Shown here: in pieces, positions 11,157 through 28,324 of the stretch
Numbering within the stretch: position 1 is the stretch's first letter
How the letters are laid out: every line of letters starts with the position of its first letter
Source of the DNA: an uncultured delta proteobacterium
GTDB taxonomy: Bacteria > Myxococcota_A > Polyangia > Haliangiales > Haliangiaceae
Reading direction: 5' to 3'
NCBI GenBank assembly: GCA_963848295.1
Contig: CAWKDB010000004.1
Coordinates: forward strand, 192,001-256,000
DNA length: 64,000 nt
Translations under genes and position numbers: made by a program
The notes under the pieces: model-generated
Told to the model about the DNA's origin: nothing
Seen by the model: only the letters and a program-made list of their open reading frames with translations
Databases searched by the model: none

Positions 11157-12571
11157 ACCGCGACCGGCAGGACGCGGCGACGCACGAGCTTGATGCTGAG
11201 CAGCCGGTACAGCATCTTGCTGACCTCGAAGCTGCCCATGCGCGAGCGCCGGATGATGTCCTTGACCGTGTTCTTGCCGTTGACCAGCTCGAGCACGGCG
11301 AGCTCCTCGCGGGTGAGCCGGCCGCGGCCCATCTGCGCTACCTGATCTTCGTTGCGCAAGAATACGACGTCGAAGTTGTCGATCGCGCGCTCGATCAAGT
11401 GCCACTCGTCGACGCGGCGGTAGCCCTCCATCAGCACTGCCTCAACGTCGAGCCCGAGCGCGGCGTCGATCACCGCCGGCGGCAGCTCGACACCGGCGCC
11501 GAATCGGAATCGGCCGTGACGCCACCGCAAGATCTCGTAGATCAGCTCGCACGATTGCCGGGTCAGGCACGACTTGAGATCGGCCTCGGCAAGATACCCG
11601 AGCCGGACGAGCGCTTGACCGAAGAGCTTGCTGCCGGTGTGCTGCGTGCGCGATTCGAGGAACGATTCGAAGTCGGGCTTCTGCATCAGCTCGGCATCGA
11701 GCACGAAGCGGCCGAGCAGGAACTCGTCGGGCACGCCCTCGGCGATCGCCTGGTCGACCCGGCCGCGACGGAAATAGATCTCGACCTTGGCCTCGGCGCG
11801 CTCGACCGTGAGCACGCCGGACTGCTCTTGGACGTCGAGGAGCTGCAACACCTCGGCGAGCGGCACGACGCGCAGGTCGCCGCGCAAGCCGGGCGCGTTC
11901 TCGCCGAACAAGCCGAGATCGACCGAACCGAGCATCTCGTGGAGCGCATCGTCATCGAGCGCGGTGCGCACCGCATCGGCGATCGCGGCAGCGTCGGTGC
12001 CGACCTTCGCATCGGCATCGCTCGCGGATTCGGCGAGCTGGAACAGTGCGGCGACGCGCGCGCTGACGACGTCGCTGACCTGCCGGCGCAGATCGATCAG
12101 TGCTGCACGACGGGCGTGCGAGCGGTCGGCGTCGTCGGTCGCCGCCAGGTCTTCGCCGGTGACGAGCGAGGGATTCTCTTCCGACTCGACCGGGCCGCCG
12201 TACTTGCCGATCGTGTGTTGGACGACCGCGGTGATCGCCTCGGGCGAAAACGGCTTCGTGATGTAGTCGACGATCCCCATCACCTTGACGAACCGCTCGC
12301 CGACCTGGTCGCCCTTCGCACTCATGAGAATCACCGGGATGTCACGCAGCTTCGAATCGGCGGTCAACTCGCGACAGAATTGATAGCCGTTCATTCTCGG
12401 CATCACGAAGTCGAGTAGGATCAGATCCGGCCGCTGTGACCGCACGGCGACGAGCCCGGCCTCGCCATCACCCGCGATGTTCACGCGATAGCCCGCTTTT
12501 GTGAGCACCAGCTGCACGACCTTCGTGATCGTTGCGCTGTCGTCGATAACCAGAACGAGCTCGCCAGGCAT
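11153..12571 (-). CDS. Response regulator with DUF4388 (PatA-like) domain
   Basis: N-terminal receiver (VIDDS, LDFVMPRMNG, ITKPF) plus GDLRVVPLAEVLQLL..GVLTV..YEILRWRHGRFRF..VLMEGYRRVDEW. Confidence 0.88.
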   Translation of the reverse strand: MPGELVLVIDDSATITKVVQLVLTKAGYRVNIAGDGEAGLVAVRSQRPDLILLDFVMPRMNGYQFCRELTADSKLRDIPVILMSAKGDQVGERFVKVMGIVDYITKPFSPEAITAVVQHTIGKYGGPVESEENPSLVTGEDLAATDDADRSHARRAALIDLRRQVSDVVSARVAALFQLAESASDADAKVGTDAAAIADAVRTALDDDALHEMLGSVDLGLFGENAPGLRGDLRVVPLAEVLQLLDVQEQSGVLTVERAEAKVEIYFRRGRVDQAIAEGVPDEFLLGRFVLDAELMQKPDFESFLESRTQHTGSKLFGQALVRLGYLAEADLKSCLTRQSCELIYEILRWRHGRFRFGAGVELPPAVIDAALGLDVEAVLMEGYRRVDEWHLIERAIDNFDVVFLRNEDQVAQMGRGRLTREELAVLELVNGKNTVKDIIRRSRMGSFEVSKMLYRLLSIKLVRRRVLPVAV

Positions 12572-12678
12572 GTGTGTGTTCCGCGTACTCCGCAGCACAG
12601 CCGAGGAGATCGACATCTTATGTGCTTCGATCCTGGGGTTCAACGCCACTGCAAACTACTTCCTGAATTGGAGGCGTC

Positions 12679-15993
<3,315 letters not shown>

Positions 15994-16182
15994 GCTGACC
16001 ATAGGGGTTGGCACCGGTCTGGGGTCTCGAGGCCGCCTGATGCGACCACCTCGCAGCGCCGAGGCCTCAGCTCGCAGGTCCGCGGCCTCCCCAGCCGTTG
16101 CGACCGGAAGCTGTCCTACAATGCGGCCCATCGCTTCGCGGGGTTGCACGGTTACCGGCCATGGTCGATCGCTCCACGCAGG

Positions 16183-16198
16183 TGGCGCGACGCTTGCT
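16183..16198 (+). promoter_or_regulatory. Putative sigma-54 (-24/-12) promoter
   Basis: TGGCGCGACGCTTGCT vs consensus TGGCACGNNNNTTGCW; GG-N10-GC spacing; ~20 nt upstream of the 16219 ATG. Confidence 0.55.
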
Positions 16199-16218
16199 GA
16201 AGCAGGGCCCACCGCTAG

Positions 16219-19200
16219 ATGCGCCGCCGTCCCTTCAAGATCACCAACCCCATGACCCCTATTGGACCGGTGCCGTTTGTCGGCCGTCACCAGGAGCTGG
16301 CCGAGCTCAAGCAGCAGCTTTCGATCGTGCCGCTGCTCTCGCTGCACGGCGCGCTCGGCGCGGGCAAGACCCGACTGATGGGCGAGCTCGCCGCGAGCTT
16401 GGGCGTGCCTTTCACCGTGATCGACTGCTATCCCGGCGACCGCGCCTCGGCGCTTCGCGCGCGCGCGGAACGAGCGCTGCGCTGCGCGCCGGGCGCGCTG
16501 AATCAGGTGCTCGTCCAGCAGGCGCGCGTGCTCGTGTTCGATGATTTTCACAACCTGCGGGTCGATGAAGCGACGCCGCTGCTCGGTGAGCTCGTGCTCG
16601 GCGCGACCGCGCTCGGCCGGGTCATCGTGATCGGCCGCGATCCGCTCTCGGCGGCGGTCGGCGATGCGCTCGCGGAGCTAGAGCTCCAAGGGCTCGACGT
16701 CGTCGCGGCCCAGGCGATGTGGACGTCGCTCGCCGAGCAATTCGGCGCGGCGGGAGGCTTCGATGACGGTTTCGGGCGCACGCGCGGCGCTCCGCTCGCG
16801 CTGCGGCGTGAGTTTGCGCGCGCTCGGTTCGGAGCGACGGCATGGGATGTCGCGACCCTCGATGCGCCGGCGCGCGCAGCACTCGATGCGCTCGCGGTGT
16901 TGCGCCAACCGGTCGCGCCTGCGGCGGTGGCCGCGTTGGTTCCCGGCGTCGCGGTCGAGCCTGCCTTGACGAGCTTGGTCGCACACCAGCTCGTCGACGC
17001 GGTCGGCGATGGCCGCCTCGTGTTGCACGAGGTCGTCCGCACCGACGTGCTCGCGCAGATGCCGGCCGAGACCCGGCGGCGGTTGTCGGCGGCGGCGGCC
17101 GATCTCGTCGCCAGCACGGCGGCAGGAACCGCAGGGCCCCGGCTCGCGTGGCAGGCCGGCGACGACGGCGCCTTCGGCGCGCTCGATCAGATCTCGCGGC
17201 TCCGCGAAGTCGTCTGGCACCGGCTCGCCGCGGGCGATCGCGAGGGCGCCGCGGATGCGCTGATCGCAGATCGCGAGCTGTCGGCGCGCGCCGGCGGCGC
17301 GGGCGAGTTCGAATCACTGCTCGATGCGCTCGGCGATCGCCGGCGCAAACGAGCAGGCAGTCACGCCGAGGTCGCACCGCTGGCCGACGGCGAACAGCTC
17401 GATCCCGAACGCGCGCGCCAGCTCGCCGAGCTACGCATCGACATCGCGGTGCGCGGCGGTCGCTATAGCGAAGCGCTCGAGCGCGCGACGGCCGCGCCGA
17501 CCGCGGTATCGGCGTTGGTCGCCGCCGAGCTCCAGCTGGCATGCGGCGACGCGGGCGCGGCTCGCCGATCGTTGCTCGTGCTCGCGAGCAACGCCGATCC
17601 GAGCGTTCGCGCCGGCGCGGCGGCGCAGCTGATCGAGCTCGAGCTCCTCGCCGGCAAGCCCGACGCGGCGACGGCTTACTTGACTGCGCTCGGCGACCTC
17701 GCTGCCGCCGAGCCGCTCGTCCGCGCTCGCGTCCACCTCGCGACCGCGCGACTCGACGAATACGCCGGCCGGGTCGCCGCGATGCGCGCCGCGCTCGGGC
17801 GCGCTCACGGCGCGTGCAAGAGCGTGCCATCGTGCCTCGAATCGACCGAGCTGTCCGCTGTCGTCGATGCGCGCCGCGCGATCGGCCTGGCCCGTGAAGG
17901 GCGGATCGCCGAGGCGACCGCCGCGCTCGATGCCGCCGAGGCGTTGGCGCGCGAGGTCGATGCCGTTACGGTCTCCGACGAAGTGCTCGCGGCGCGCGCG
18001 CTCGTCGCTCGCCGGCGTGGCGATGGCGCCGGTGCCGCGATGATGCTCGCGGGCCTGGTTCGGTCACGCCGGTCACGCGGCGACGAGCTCGGTGCGCTCA
18101 GGGCCGAGCTCGACTACGCCGAGCTCGAGATCGTGCGCGGTCAACCGGCGCTCGCGGCCGAGCTCGCCAGTGCAGCGCTCGCGTCGAGCGTACGGCGCGA
18201 GCTCGGGCACCTCGCGGCGCGCGGCGCGGTCGTGATCGCCGCGATCGACGTCCTCGAGCTTCGCCTCGAGGCGGCCGTACCGAAGCTACAAGAGCTCCAC
18301 GGCCAGCTCGCACTCGACGCCGCGTCGGCCGCCACGGCGGCGGTGTGGCTCGCGACCGCACGCGCGCTGTCCGGGCAGCGTGCCGGCGCGGTCGAGCTCG
18401 CCGCGAATGCCGGGGCAGAGTGGCGCGACGATCTCGATCGCAAGCTCGCGACCGCCGAGGTGTCACTCGCCGCGAGCGACGCCAGCGGCGCCTTGGAGCT
18501 CGCGCGCGAGACCGCCGTGCTCGCCGAGCGCGCCCATCGCACGATCGAGCTCGCGTCCGCGCTCGTCATCGTCGCCCGGCTCGAGCTCGCGCGCGGCGAT
18601 CGCGCGAATGCCCGCGCCGCGGCAAGCCGCGCCGCCCGCGAAGCCGCGGCCTCCGGGCTCGTGCGCGCGCGCGTCCATGCGTTGCTCGCGCTGTCCGCAC
18701 TCGCGCGCGATGACGACGACGGCCCGACCGCGGTGGCCTATGCGCGCGACGCCGCCGAGCTCGCGATGGGCGCCGGGCTGCCGGTCGAACGCCTCGTCGC
18801 GCACGCCGCGCTCGACGCGATCTCGGGCCACGAAGCGGTCGCCGATCCGTCGGCCCCATCGGCGGCCACGATGGCATCGACCGCGATCGAAGGCGCCGCG
18901 CGGCTGCTCACCGACCTCGGCCTGACCGCGCAAAGGCCGTTCCGCGTCATCGATGCCGAGGGCGTGCCGAGCGACGTGTCCGACGCGAATCCGGAGATCC
19001 TCCGCCTGCCGGGGCGCGCCCTCGCGATCGATGGTGTGCGCGAGCAGATCTGGCGCCACGGCCAAGAGCTCGCCGATCTCCGCCGCCGCAGCCTGCTCAA
19101 GCGGCTGCTGTTCTTGTTTGCTTCCGCGCCCGGCAAGGTGTTTTCGAAGGAGTCGATCGTCCAGGCGGTGTGGAACGTCGAGTACCACCCGCTGCGCCAT

Positions 19201-19335
19201 GATGCAGCGCTGTTCACGAACATCATGCGCATCCGGCGCTTGCTCGGCGAGGACGGCTCCGAGATCATCCGCGTGACCGAAGACGGCTATCGGTTCGTGC
19301 CGCCGCGAGACTTCTTGTTCGTGATCCCCCGGTGA
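16219..19335 (+). CDS. Large STAND/MalT-like regulator: P-loop ATPase, TPR-like helical region, C-terminal OmpR-type winged helix
   Basis: FVGRHQEL, Walker A GALGAGKT, Walker B VLVFDDFH, LVLHEVVR; C-terminal VFSKESIVQAVW..NIMRIRRLL..GYRF. Confidence 0.8.
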   Translation: MRRRPFKITNPMTPIGPVPFVGRHQELAELKQQLSIVPLLSLHGALGAGKTRLMGELAASLGVPFTVIDCYPGDRASALRARAERALRCAPGALNQVLVQQARVLVFDDFHNLRVDEATPLLGELVLGATALGRVIVIGRDPLSAAVGDALAELELQGLDVVAAQAMWTSLAEQFGAAGGFDDGFGRTRGAPLALRREFARARFGATAWDVATLDAPARAALDALAVLRQPVAPAAVAALVPGVAVEPALTSLVAHQLVDAVGDGRLVLHEVVRTDVLAQMPAETRRRLSAAAADLVASTAAGTAGPRLAWQAGDDGAFGALDQISRLREVVWHRLAAGDREGAADALIADRELSARAGGAGEFESLLDALGDRRRKRAGSHAEVAPLADGEQLDPERARQLAELRIDIAVRGGRYSEALERATAAPTAVSALVAAELQLACGDAGAARRSLLVLASNADPSVRAGAAAQLIELELLAGKPDAATAYLTALGDLAAAEPLVRARVHLATARLDEYAGRVAAMRAALGRAHGACKSVPSCLESTELSAVVDARRAIGLAREGRIAEATAALDAAEALAREVDAVTVSDEVLAARALVARRRGDGAGAAMMLAGLVRSRRSRGDELGALRAELDYAELEIVRGQPALAAELASAALASSVRRELGHLAARGAVVIAAIDVLELRLEAAVPKLQELHGQLALDAASAATAAVWLATARALSGQRAGAVELAANAGAEWRDDLDRKLATAEVSLAASDASGALELARETAVLAERAHRTIELASALVIVARLELARGDRANARAAASRAAREAAASGLVRARVHALLALSALARDDDDGPTAVAYARDAAELAMGAGLPVERLVAHAALDAISGHEAVADPSAPSAATMASTAIEGAARLLTDLGLTAQRPFRVIDAEGVPSDVSDANPEILRLPGRALAIDGVREQIWRHGQELADLRRRSLLKRLLFLFASAPGKVFSKESIVQAVWNVEYHPLRHDAALFTNIMRIRRLLGEDGSEIIRVTEDGYRFVPPRDFLFVIPR

Positions 19336-19907
19336 AGACCAAGCGAAAAACGGCGACGAAGGCCAAGGCCCACAAGGCCAAGGCCCGGGCGAAGCCATCA
19401 CGACGCAAGATCAAGCCCACTGCGAAACCGAAGCGCGTCGCCAAGCCGAAGCCGAAAGTCACGATCGACACCGCCAAGTGGCTCGGATTCGTCAACGAGC
19501 ACGGTGTCGTGCTCGCATCGGCGCGCGGCGCGGTGCCGAACCTCGCCGAGGCGGTCGCGGGCGAGCCGATCATCGGAAGCTGGTGGGCTCACCCGAAGGG
19601 CAACTCGATCTTCGCCGTGCTGTCCGCGATCGACGACTCCGACGAGGTTCGCTGCTTCAAGCTGATCGATCGCAAGGTCACGTTCGTCCATCGCCGGCTG
19701 TGGCCAGCGCTCGTCCGGCTCGCGCAAGACGGCGTGTTACCGGCCGACCGCGTCGCGGCCCTGCGCCAGGAGCACACCCCGGGCGGCCAGCATCGCAACG
19801 TCGTGACGCCGTTCCCCGACTGGGTCGACCGCGGCACCTCGAGAGTCGCGGACGCGCTGACCGCCGCGGAAGCGCTCGCCCAGCTCGGCGTGCTCTGGAT
19901 CAGTTGA
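19332..19907 (+). CDS. Hypothetical protein, Lys-rich N-terminus plus AlkZ-related winged-helix-like domain
   Basis: GTGA overlap with the upstream gene; KTKRKTATKAKAHK..; GSWWAHPKG, KLIDRKVTFVHRRLWPAL. Confidence 0.6.
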   Translation: MKTKRKTATKAKAHKAKARAKPSRRKIKPTAKPKRVAKPKPKVTIDTAKWLGFVNEHGVVLASARGAVPNLAEAVAGEPIIGSWWAHPKGNSIFAVLSAIDDSDEVRCFKLIDRKVTFVHRRLWPALVRLAQDGVLPADRVAALRQEHTPGGQHRNVVTPFPDWVDRGTSRVADALTAAEALAQLGVLWIS

Positions 19908-20931
19908 ACCAGCGCGGGTCGTTCGGGTCATGCGCCGGTTGCTCGGGCTCGGGCTCGGCCTCGGGCTCCGGCTCCGGTTCGCGCGCCGCAGCCGCGGCGG
20001 CTTCTTCGCGCTCCCACATCGCGATCCGCGTGCGGTACTGACGGCGGCGCTTGCGCCACGCGAACGCGAGCAAGATCGCGGCGAGCACCCACACCGCGAG
20101 CGCGAGTAGCCCGACCGGCGCGAACAAGTACCGCTTGCCGAGGCTGTCGCGCCACTCGTCGTACAGCGCTCGCATCGGCACGCCGTACGCGCGGATCGCG
20201 GCCTGATCGATCGTCGAGCCGTGCGAGAGCTCGGCGAGCAGCTCGCGAAACGGTCGGCGATCGCCGCGGTCGCTGCCGTCTTCCCACCGACCGCGCATCG
20301 TCAGGTAACCGACGAGGTCGTAGCTCTCGGCGTACGCGCGATTCGCGGGCAGCTCTTCGTCGGGAAATCGCGTCGCGAGCTCGTCGTACGGCACGATCCC
20401 GCCGAACCAGGCCATCCCGGCGAGCGTCTCGGTGCGATCCCACGACCACTCGGGCGAGTGTTGATACGCGAAGCCTTCGTGTAGCCAGCGCGGGGCGCGA
20501 TCGCCGACCGCGGCACCGAGCGCGAGGTGGGCGAGCTCGTGCTCGAGCGTCGCGACCGGATCGACAAAAGTACCGCCGCGGCGCATCGCGATCGACAGCA
20601 CGCCGAGGTCCGGATACGCGACCCCGATCGCGTAGGCCGGAGCGCCCCGGCCTTGCGGCGCGACGTCGGCGAGCTCGCTCGCATCGCGGACGAGCTGGAT
20701 GTGGATGACCTCGGGGGTCGGCAGGTCGCGCAGATCGGCGGAGATGTCTTTCAGCGACTGCTCGGCGGCACCGCGCAGGCGCTCGGCCGTGCTCTCGAGC
20801 CCGTGCTCGTAGCGGATCTCGATCCGGCCTTCGCCCGGCAGCGTCTCGAGCGGCGGCGCTGCGCTCGCCGAGCGGGGCGCGACGACCAGCGCGAGCGCGC
20901 ACTCGAGCACGAGGGCGGCGATGCGCTTCAC
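19900..20931 (-). CDS. Peptidase MA-family (gluzincin) exported protein with C-terminal TM
   Basis: Signal peptide; LEHELAHL + PRWLHEGFA, AYAES; GTG start overlaps upstream TGA. Confidence 0.82.
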   Translation of the reverse strand: MKRIAALVLECALALVVAPRSASAAPPLETLPGEGRIEIRYEHGLESTAERLRGAAEQSLKDISADLRDLPTPEVIHIQLVRDASELADVAPQGRGAPAYAIGVAYPDLGVLSIAMRRGGTFVDPVATLEHELAHLALGAAVGDRAPRWLHEGFAYQHSPEWSWDRTETLAGMAWFGGIVPYDELATRFPDEELPANRAYAESYDLVGYLTMRGRWEDGSDRGDRRPFRELLAELSHGSTIDQAAIRAYGVPMRALYDEWRDSLGKRYLFAPVGLLALAVWVLAAILLAFAWRKRRRQYRTRIAMWEREEAAAAAAREPEPEPEAEPEPEQPAHDPNDPRWFN

Positions 20932-22193
20932 GGGTACTTGAGCTCCAGCCGTTGCGTGTCCGACTGCTGGTCGTGCGCGTAGATCGCGATCGCGCCCGCG
21001 GCGAGCGCACCGCCGACGACCACGTAGACCCACCAGCGCGTGCCCTCCGGTTTCTCACCGGCGGTGCGGTGGCCGTAGCGATCCTCGGTGCCGCTCTCGA
21101 GCAACAACGGGCGATCCGGATCGGGAGCGTGCTCGGTCCAGCCGCGGACGCGATCCGCGGTCAGCGCGAGCAGCCGGTCTATGTCGTCGAGCTTCGCGAT
21201 GCCGTCGGCGCCGCCGAGGCGATGCGCATCCTCGGTGCGACCTGCTTGGCCCCAGGACTCGACGGTGTCGCCCGATCGGATCAACGCGACGCGAGCGTGG
21301 ACCTGCCCGAGTACCCACGCGATCTCGGTCGCGGCCGGCAGCTTGCCACCCCAGCTCGCGACGCGCTTGGCGACCGCGGCCCATGGACCGGTGACATCGG
21401 GCATCGCGATGGCGATGACCGGCTGCGTCTTGACGACCGTACCGGTCACCGCGCCGCGCCTCTCGCCTTTCGCCGCGGCGATGATGTGCTCGCCTGCGGG
21501 CAACGAGACTTGTAACGGCGATACGCCGGCGCGCTGCAGATCGATCCACACGTCGGCGCCCGCGACCTCGGTCGTGATGTCGAGCTCGAGCTGCTCGATG
21601 CCGAGTACGACGTCGGCGGTGGGATAGCGCGCGAGCACCGCGGCGACACCGCTCGCGGCCTGATCCGGCCCGGCTACACCGCTCGATGGCGGTGCGGCTC
21701 CATGGCCGTCGCCGGTCGCGTCGAGCGCGCGCAGCCGCGTGGCGGCGAGCGTCGCTTCGCTCGTCAGCCCTTCACGGTCCGCGCAAAGCAACACATACGT
21801 CAACGCGCGTGCGAGCTCGGGCACGGGCAGGCCGGCGGCTTGGCGAGCGGCGCCGAGCGGCACCGCGACCCGGGCGGCGGCGAGCGCGTCCTTGCACGCG
21901 AGCTCGCCAAACGCGTGCTCGGCTTGCCCGACGGCGACTTGCAGTGCGATCGCGTCGCGATCGATCGCGATCCCGGCGAGCGCGTCCTCGACACCGTCGC
22001 CGATCACCGGCGAGAACCCGGCCGCGACGATCGCGGTCGCGAGCTTGTGGCGGATCACACCGCCGTCGCTCGGCCCCAGATCGATCACCGCCGCGCGCTC
22101 GTGCTGCGCGTTCGGCGCGGCACGCGCGGTCGCCGCAGCCGCCAGCGCGGCTACGACGCCACTAGCTGCTCGAAATACTTGTTGAGCGCCCAT
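20928..22193 (-). CDS. PEGA-domain exported protein (start uncertain)
   Basis: ITTEVAGADVWID..GVSPLQVSLPAGEHII; C-terminal RWWVYVVVGGALAAGAIAIY. Confidence 0.65.
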   Translation of the reverse strand: MGAQQVFRAASGVVAALAAAATARAAPNAQHERAAVIDLGPSDGGVIRHKLATAIVAAGFSPVIGDGVEDALAGIAIDRDAIALQVAVGQAEHAFGELACKDALAAARVAVPLGAARQAAGLPVPELARALTYVLLCADREGLTSEATLAATRLRALDATGDGHGAAPPSSGVAGPDQAASGVAAVLARYPTADVVLGIEQLELDITTEVAGADVWIDLQRAGVSPLQVSLPAGEHIIAAAKGERRGAVTGTVVKTQPVIAIAMPDVTGPWAAVAKRVASWGGKLPAATEIAWVLGQVHARVALIRSGDTVESWGQAGRTEDAHRLGGADGIAKLDDIDRLLALTADRVRGWTEHAPDPDRPLLLESGTEDRYGHRTAGEKPEGTRWWVYVVVGGALAAGAIAIYAHDQQSDTQRLELKYP

Positions 22194-22468
22194 ACATCAC
22201 GCGCCCGGAGCCCGTCGAATTGGAGCCCGGTCGCTTTGTCGTCCGACCAGCGCACGACCGCGCCGATATCGATCGCCTCGTCGGATGTCGGAATCGCGAA
22301 CGTGATCTGCACGCGCACGCCCATCGCGAGCTTCGCACCGAGCGTCACGAGCGCACCACCGAGTGAGAGGTTCACCAAACCGCAATTGCGAGGAGCTCCG
22401 TCGATCGCGAGCTTGGCGGTCAGCGAGACGTCGTGGCGAGTAGATGAACGGCGGTTGTCGGTGGTCAA
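22151..22468 (-). CDS. Stand-alone PilZ domain protein (putative c-di-GMP receptor)
   Basis: RxxxR (RSSTR) and NxSxxG (NLSLGG) motifs; VVRW..GLQF. Confidence 0.88.
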   Translation of the reverse strand: MTTDNRRSSTRHDVSLTAKLAIDGAPRNCGLVNLSLGGALVTLGAKLAMGVRVQITFAIPTSDEAIDIGAVVRWSDDKATGLQFDGLRARDVWALNKYFEQLVAS

Positions 22469-22568
22469 GGCGCTCTCCGCTCACCATTGTATGCGGACCG
22501 CCTCCAAGGATGACGCTCGCCAGCCGAATTCGCACCTAGCCGTTGGGGCCGGGGCTCCGCGTGGACAG

Positions 22569-23612
22569 CTACGTCAGCTTGATATCGATGTAGGCCTTCT
22601 TACGAAGCTCTTCGACCCACACCTGGGTCTGCTTATCGAGCTCGCGTCGGCGCAGCTCGCGCTGCAGCTGTTCTTTCATCTCGGCGTACGGTTTCAGTGA
22701 ATTCTTCTTGATGTCGGTGACCAGGAACACGTGGAGGCCCTGTGGTCCGGGCACCGGACCGCGGATCTCGCCCTTCGCCATCGAGAACACGATCGGCTCC
22801 CAGGCTTGATTGATGCTGCCGCGTTCGAACCAGCCGAGCTGGCCTCCGGAGTTCTTCGTGCTGCCGTCGTCCGACATGTCGGCCGCGACCTTGGCGAAGT
22901 CCTCGCCGGCCTTGACCCGCGAGATCGCCGTGGCCGCCTTCTCCTTCGCCGCGGCGACCTGCTGCTCGGTGGGGTTCGCAGGCAAATCGAACCTCATGTG
23001 CGCGAGCTGGACGGCGCTGACCGCTTGCGAGCGCTGCGCCATCTGGTCGTAGCGACCTCGGACGTCCTCCTCGGTGATCTGTACCTTCGGCGATACGAGC
23101 TGGTTGATCGCGCGCAGCCGGAGCAGCTGCCGCTTCAGGTCCTGCTTGTAGTTCGCGATCGTGTAGCCCTGCTGACCGAGCGCCTGCTGGAGCCCGGCTT
23201 CGTCGAGGTTATTGTTCTGCTTGATCTCGTCGAGCGCGGCCTGGACCTCCGAGCTATCGACCTCGATCTTCGCTTCGTCGGCGGCCTGGACGATCAGCTC
23301 CTCGCTCACCATGTCGTCGAGCAGCTGGCTGCGCATCTTCGCCTTGCGCCGCTCGCGCTCCGCCGGATCGGTGATCTGCGCGATCTCTTGCATCACCGGG
23401 ATCATCCGGGCATCGAGCTCGCTCGACAGGATGATCGCGTCGTTGACGACCGCGACGACGCGCTCGAGCGATAGCTTCTTGCCCGCGTTCGGCGACTTGA
23501 GCTTGGCGTCGTCGGAGCCGGCGGCGGCGAGCCGGGGCGCGATCGCCAGTGTCAACGCGAGGACACCGACGGCAACAAGCGACTTCGGGGACATGGGGAT
23601 AAGACCTGACAT
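22569..23612 (-). CDS. surA: SurA-like periplasmic chaperone / parvulin PPIase
   Basis: RVVAVVNDAIILSSEL, GEDFAKVAADMSDD..GGQLGWF, WVEELRKKAYIDIK. Confidence 0.82.
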   Translation of the reverse strand: MSGLIPMSPKSLVAVGVLALTLAIAPRLAAAGSDDAKLKSPNAGKKLSLERVVAVVNDAIILSSELDARMIPVMQEIAQITDPAERERRKAKMRSQLLDDMVSEELIVQAADEAKIEVDSSEVQAALDEIKQNNNLDEAGLQQALGQQGYTIANYKQDLKRQLLRLRAINQLVSPKVQITEEDVRGRYDQMAQRSQAVSAVQLAHMRFDLPANPTEQQVAAAKEKAATAISRVKAGEDFAKVAADMSDDGSTKNSGGQLGWFERGSINQAWEPIVFSMAKGEIRGPVPGPQGLHVFLVTDIKKNSLKPYAEMKEQLQRELRRRELDKQTQVWVEELRKKAYIDIKLT

Positions 23613-23628
23613 TCGTTCGGTTGGTTGC

Positions 23629-24654
23629 CTACGGCTGCGTTCCCGAGCCCGAGCCCGTTCCAGCCGAAACCGGTGGTGGCACGAGGTCTTTGCGGTCGTC
23701 GCCCGGGGCGTTCGAGGTGTCGATCTTGACCTTCGCGAGCGCGCCGTCCATCACCTCGATCTTGGCCTGGGCCTTGAGGTTGTCGACGAAGTCCTTTTGC
23801 GCCTGCAAGCGCTTGTCGCGGAACAGCTTGCTGCGGATCTGCGACTTCGCGTCGTCGAACGTCTTGGTCAACGCCTTGCGCCGGCCGGTCTGCTTGAGGA
23901 TGTAGAACTGGCCGTTGCCGGCATCGATCACGCCCGAGACATCGCCGGTCTGGGCGAGCGCGAACGCGGCCTTGACGACCGCGGCCGGCACGTCCTTCGC
24001 CGGCGTGGTCGCGTTGAAGTAGCGCAGATCGCCGCCGCGCAGCTTGGTCTCCTCGTCCGCCGAGTACTTGCCGACGAGGTCGCGAAACCCTTTGTTGGTC
24101 TTGCCCGCATCGCCCTTGGCTTCTAGCAACACGCGGTCGGCCTGCGCCTTGTTCTTGAGGATGATCGCGGACGCGCGAACCTCCTCGGGCTTGACGTAAT
24201 CGGTGATCGTCGAGTCGTAGTACTTCTTCATCTCGTCGTCGGTGATCGAGTCGGCGGTGACCTTGCTGTCGAACTCGTCGCGCATCAGCTTCTGGATCAT
24301 CACCTGCTTCATCGTGCGGACGACCTCGGGATCCTTGTCGAAGCCGCGGCGATACGCTTCCTTCGCGAGGATCTCGAAGCGCACCATCGACTCGAGGAAC
24401 TCCTTCTTGAGCTCGAGGGAGGTGTAGCGCTGGCGGATGTACGGCGACTGCCGGTTGATGCGATCTTGGAACTCACCGAGCGTGATCGTCACATCATCGA
24501 TCTTCGCGACCGGCGTGTTGAGCTCGTCGTTGCTCTGGCCACCGAGCGCAGTGGCTCTGGCGGTCGCCGCGTGGGGTGCGGGCTTGCCGTCATCGTGCTT
24601 CTGGCAGCCGACGCACAGTGCGAGCGCGCACGCAATTCCGGTAAGCTTCTGCAC
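23629..24654 (-). CDS. PpiC-type peptidyl-prolyl isomerase lipoprotein
   Basis: Lipobox VGC; EEVRASAIIL, KYSADEETKLRGGDLRYF, AAFAL..GDVSGVI. Confidence 0.88.
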   Translation of the reverse strand: MQKLTGIACALALCVGCQKHDDGKPAPHAATARATALGGQSNDELNTPVAKIDDVTITLGEFQDRINRQSPYIRQRYTSLELKKEFLESMVRFEILAKEAYRRGFDKDPEVVRTMKQVMIQKLMRDEFDSKVTADSITDDEMKKYYDSTITDYVKPEEVRASAIILKNKAQADRVLLEAKGDAGKTNKGFRDLVGKYSADEETKLRGGDLRYFNATTPAKDVPAAVVKAAFALAQTGDVSGVIDAGNGQFYILKQTGRRKALTKTFDDAKSQIRSKLFRDKRLQAQKDFVDNLKAQAKIEVMDGALAKVKIDTSNAPGDDRKDLVPPPVSAGTGSGSGTQP

Positions 24655-24660
24655 GGTTAA

Positions 24661-28278
<3,618 letters not shown>

Positions 28279-28324
28279 CGCGGCGCAAGCTAGCATGCGG
28301 GTCGCGGGTGCTACACTCCAGCGA

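Noticed and set aside
16009..16024. Sigma-54 promoter at TGGCACCGGTCTGGGG (similar partial sites near 44362, 51543, 58752)
   Set aside because: The -12 TTGC element is missing or mis-spaced.
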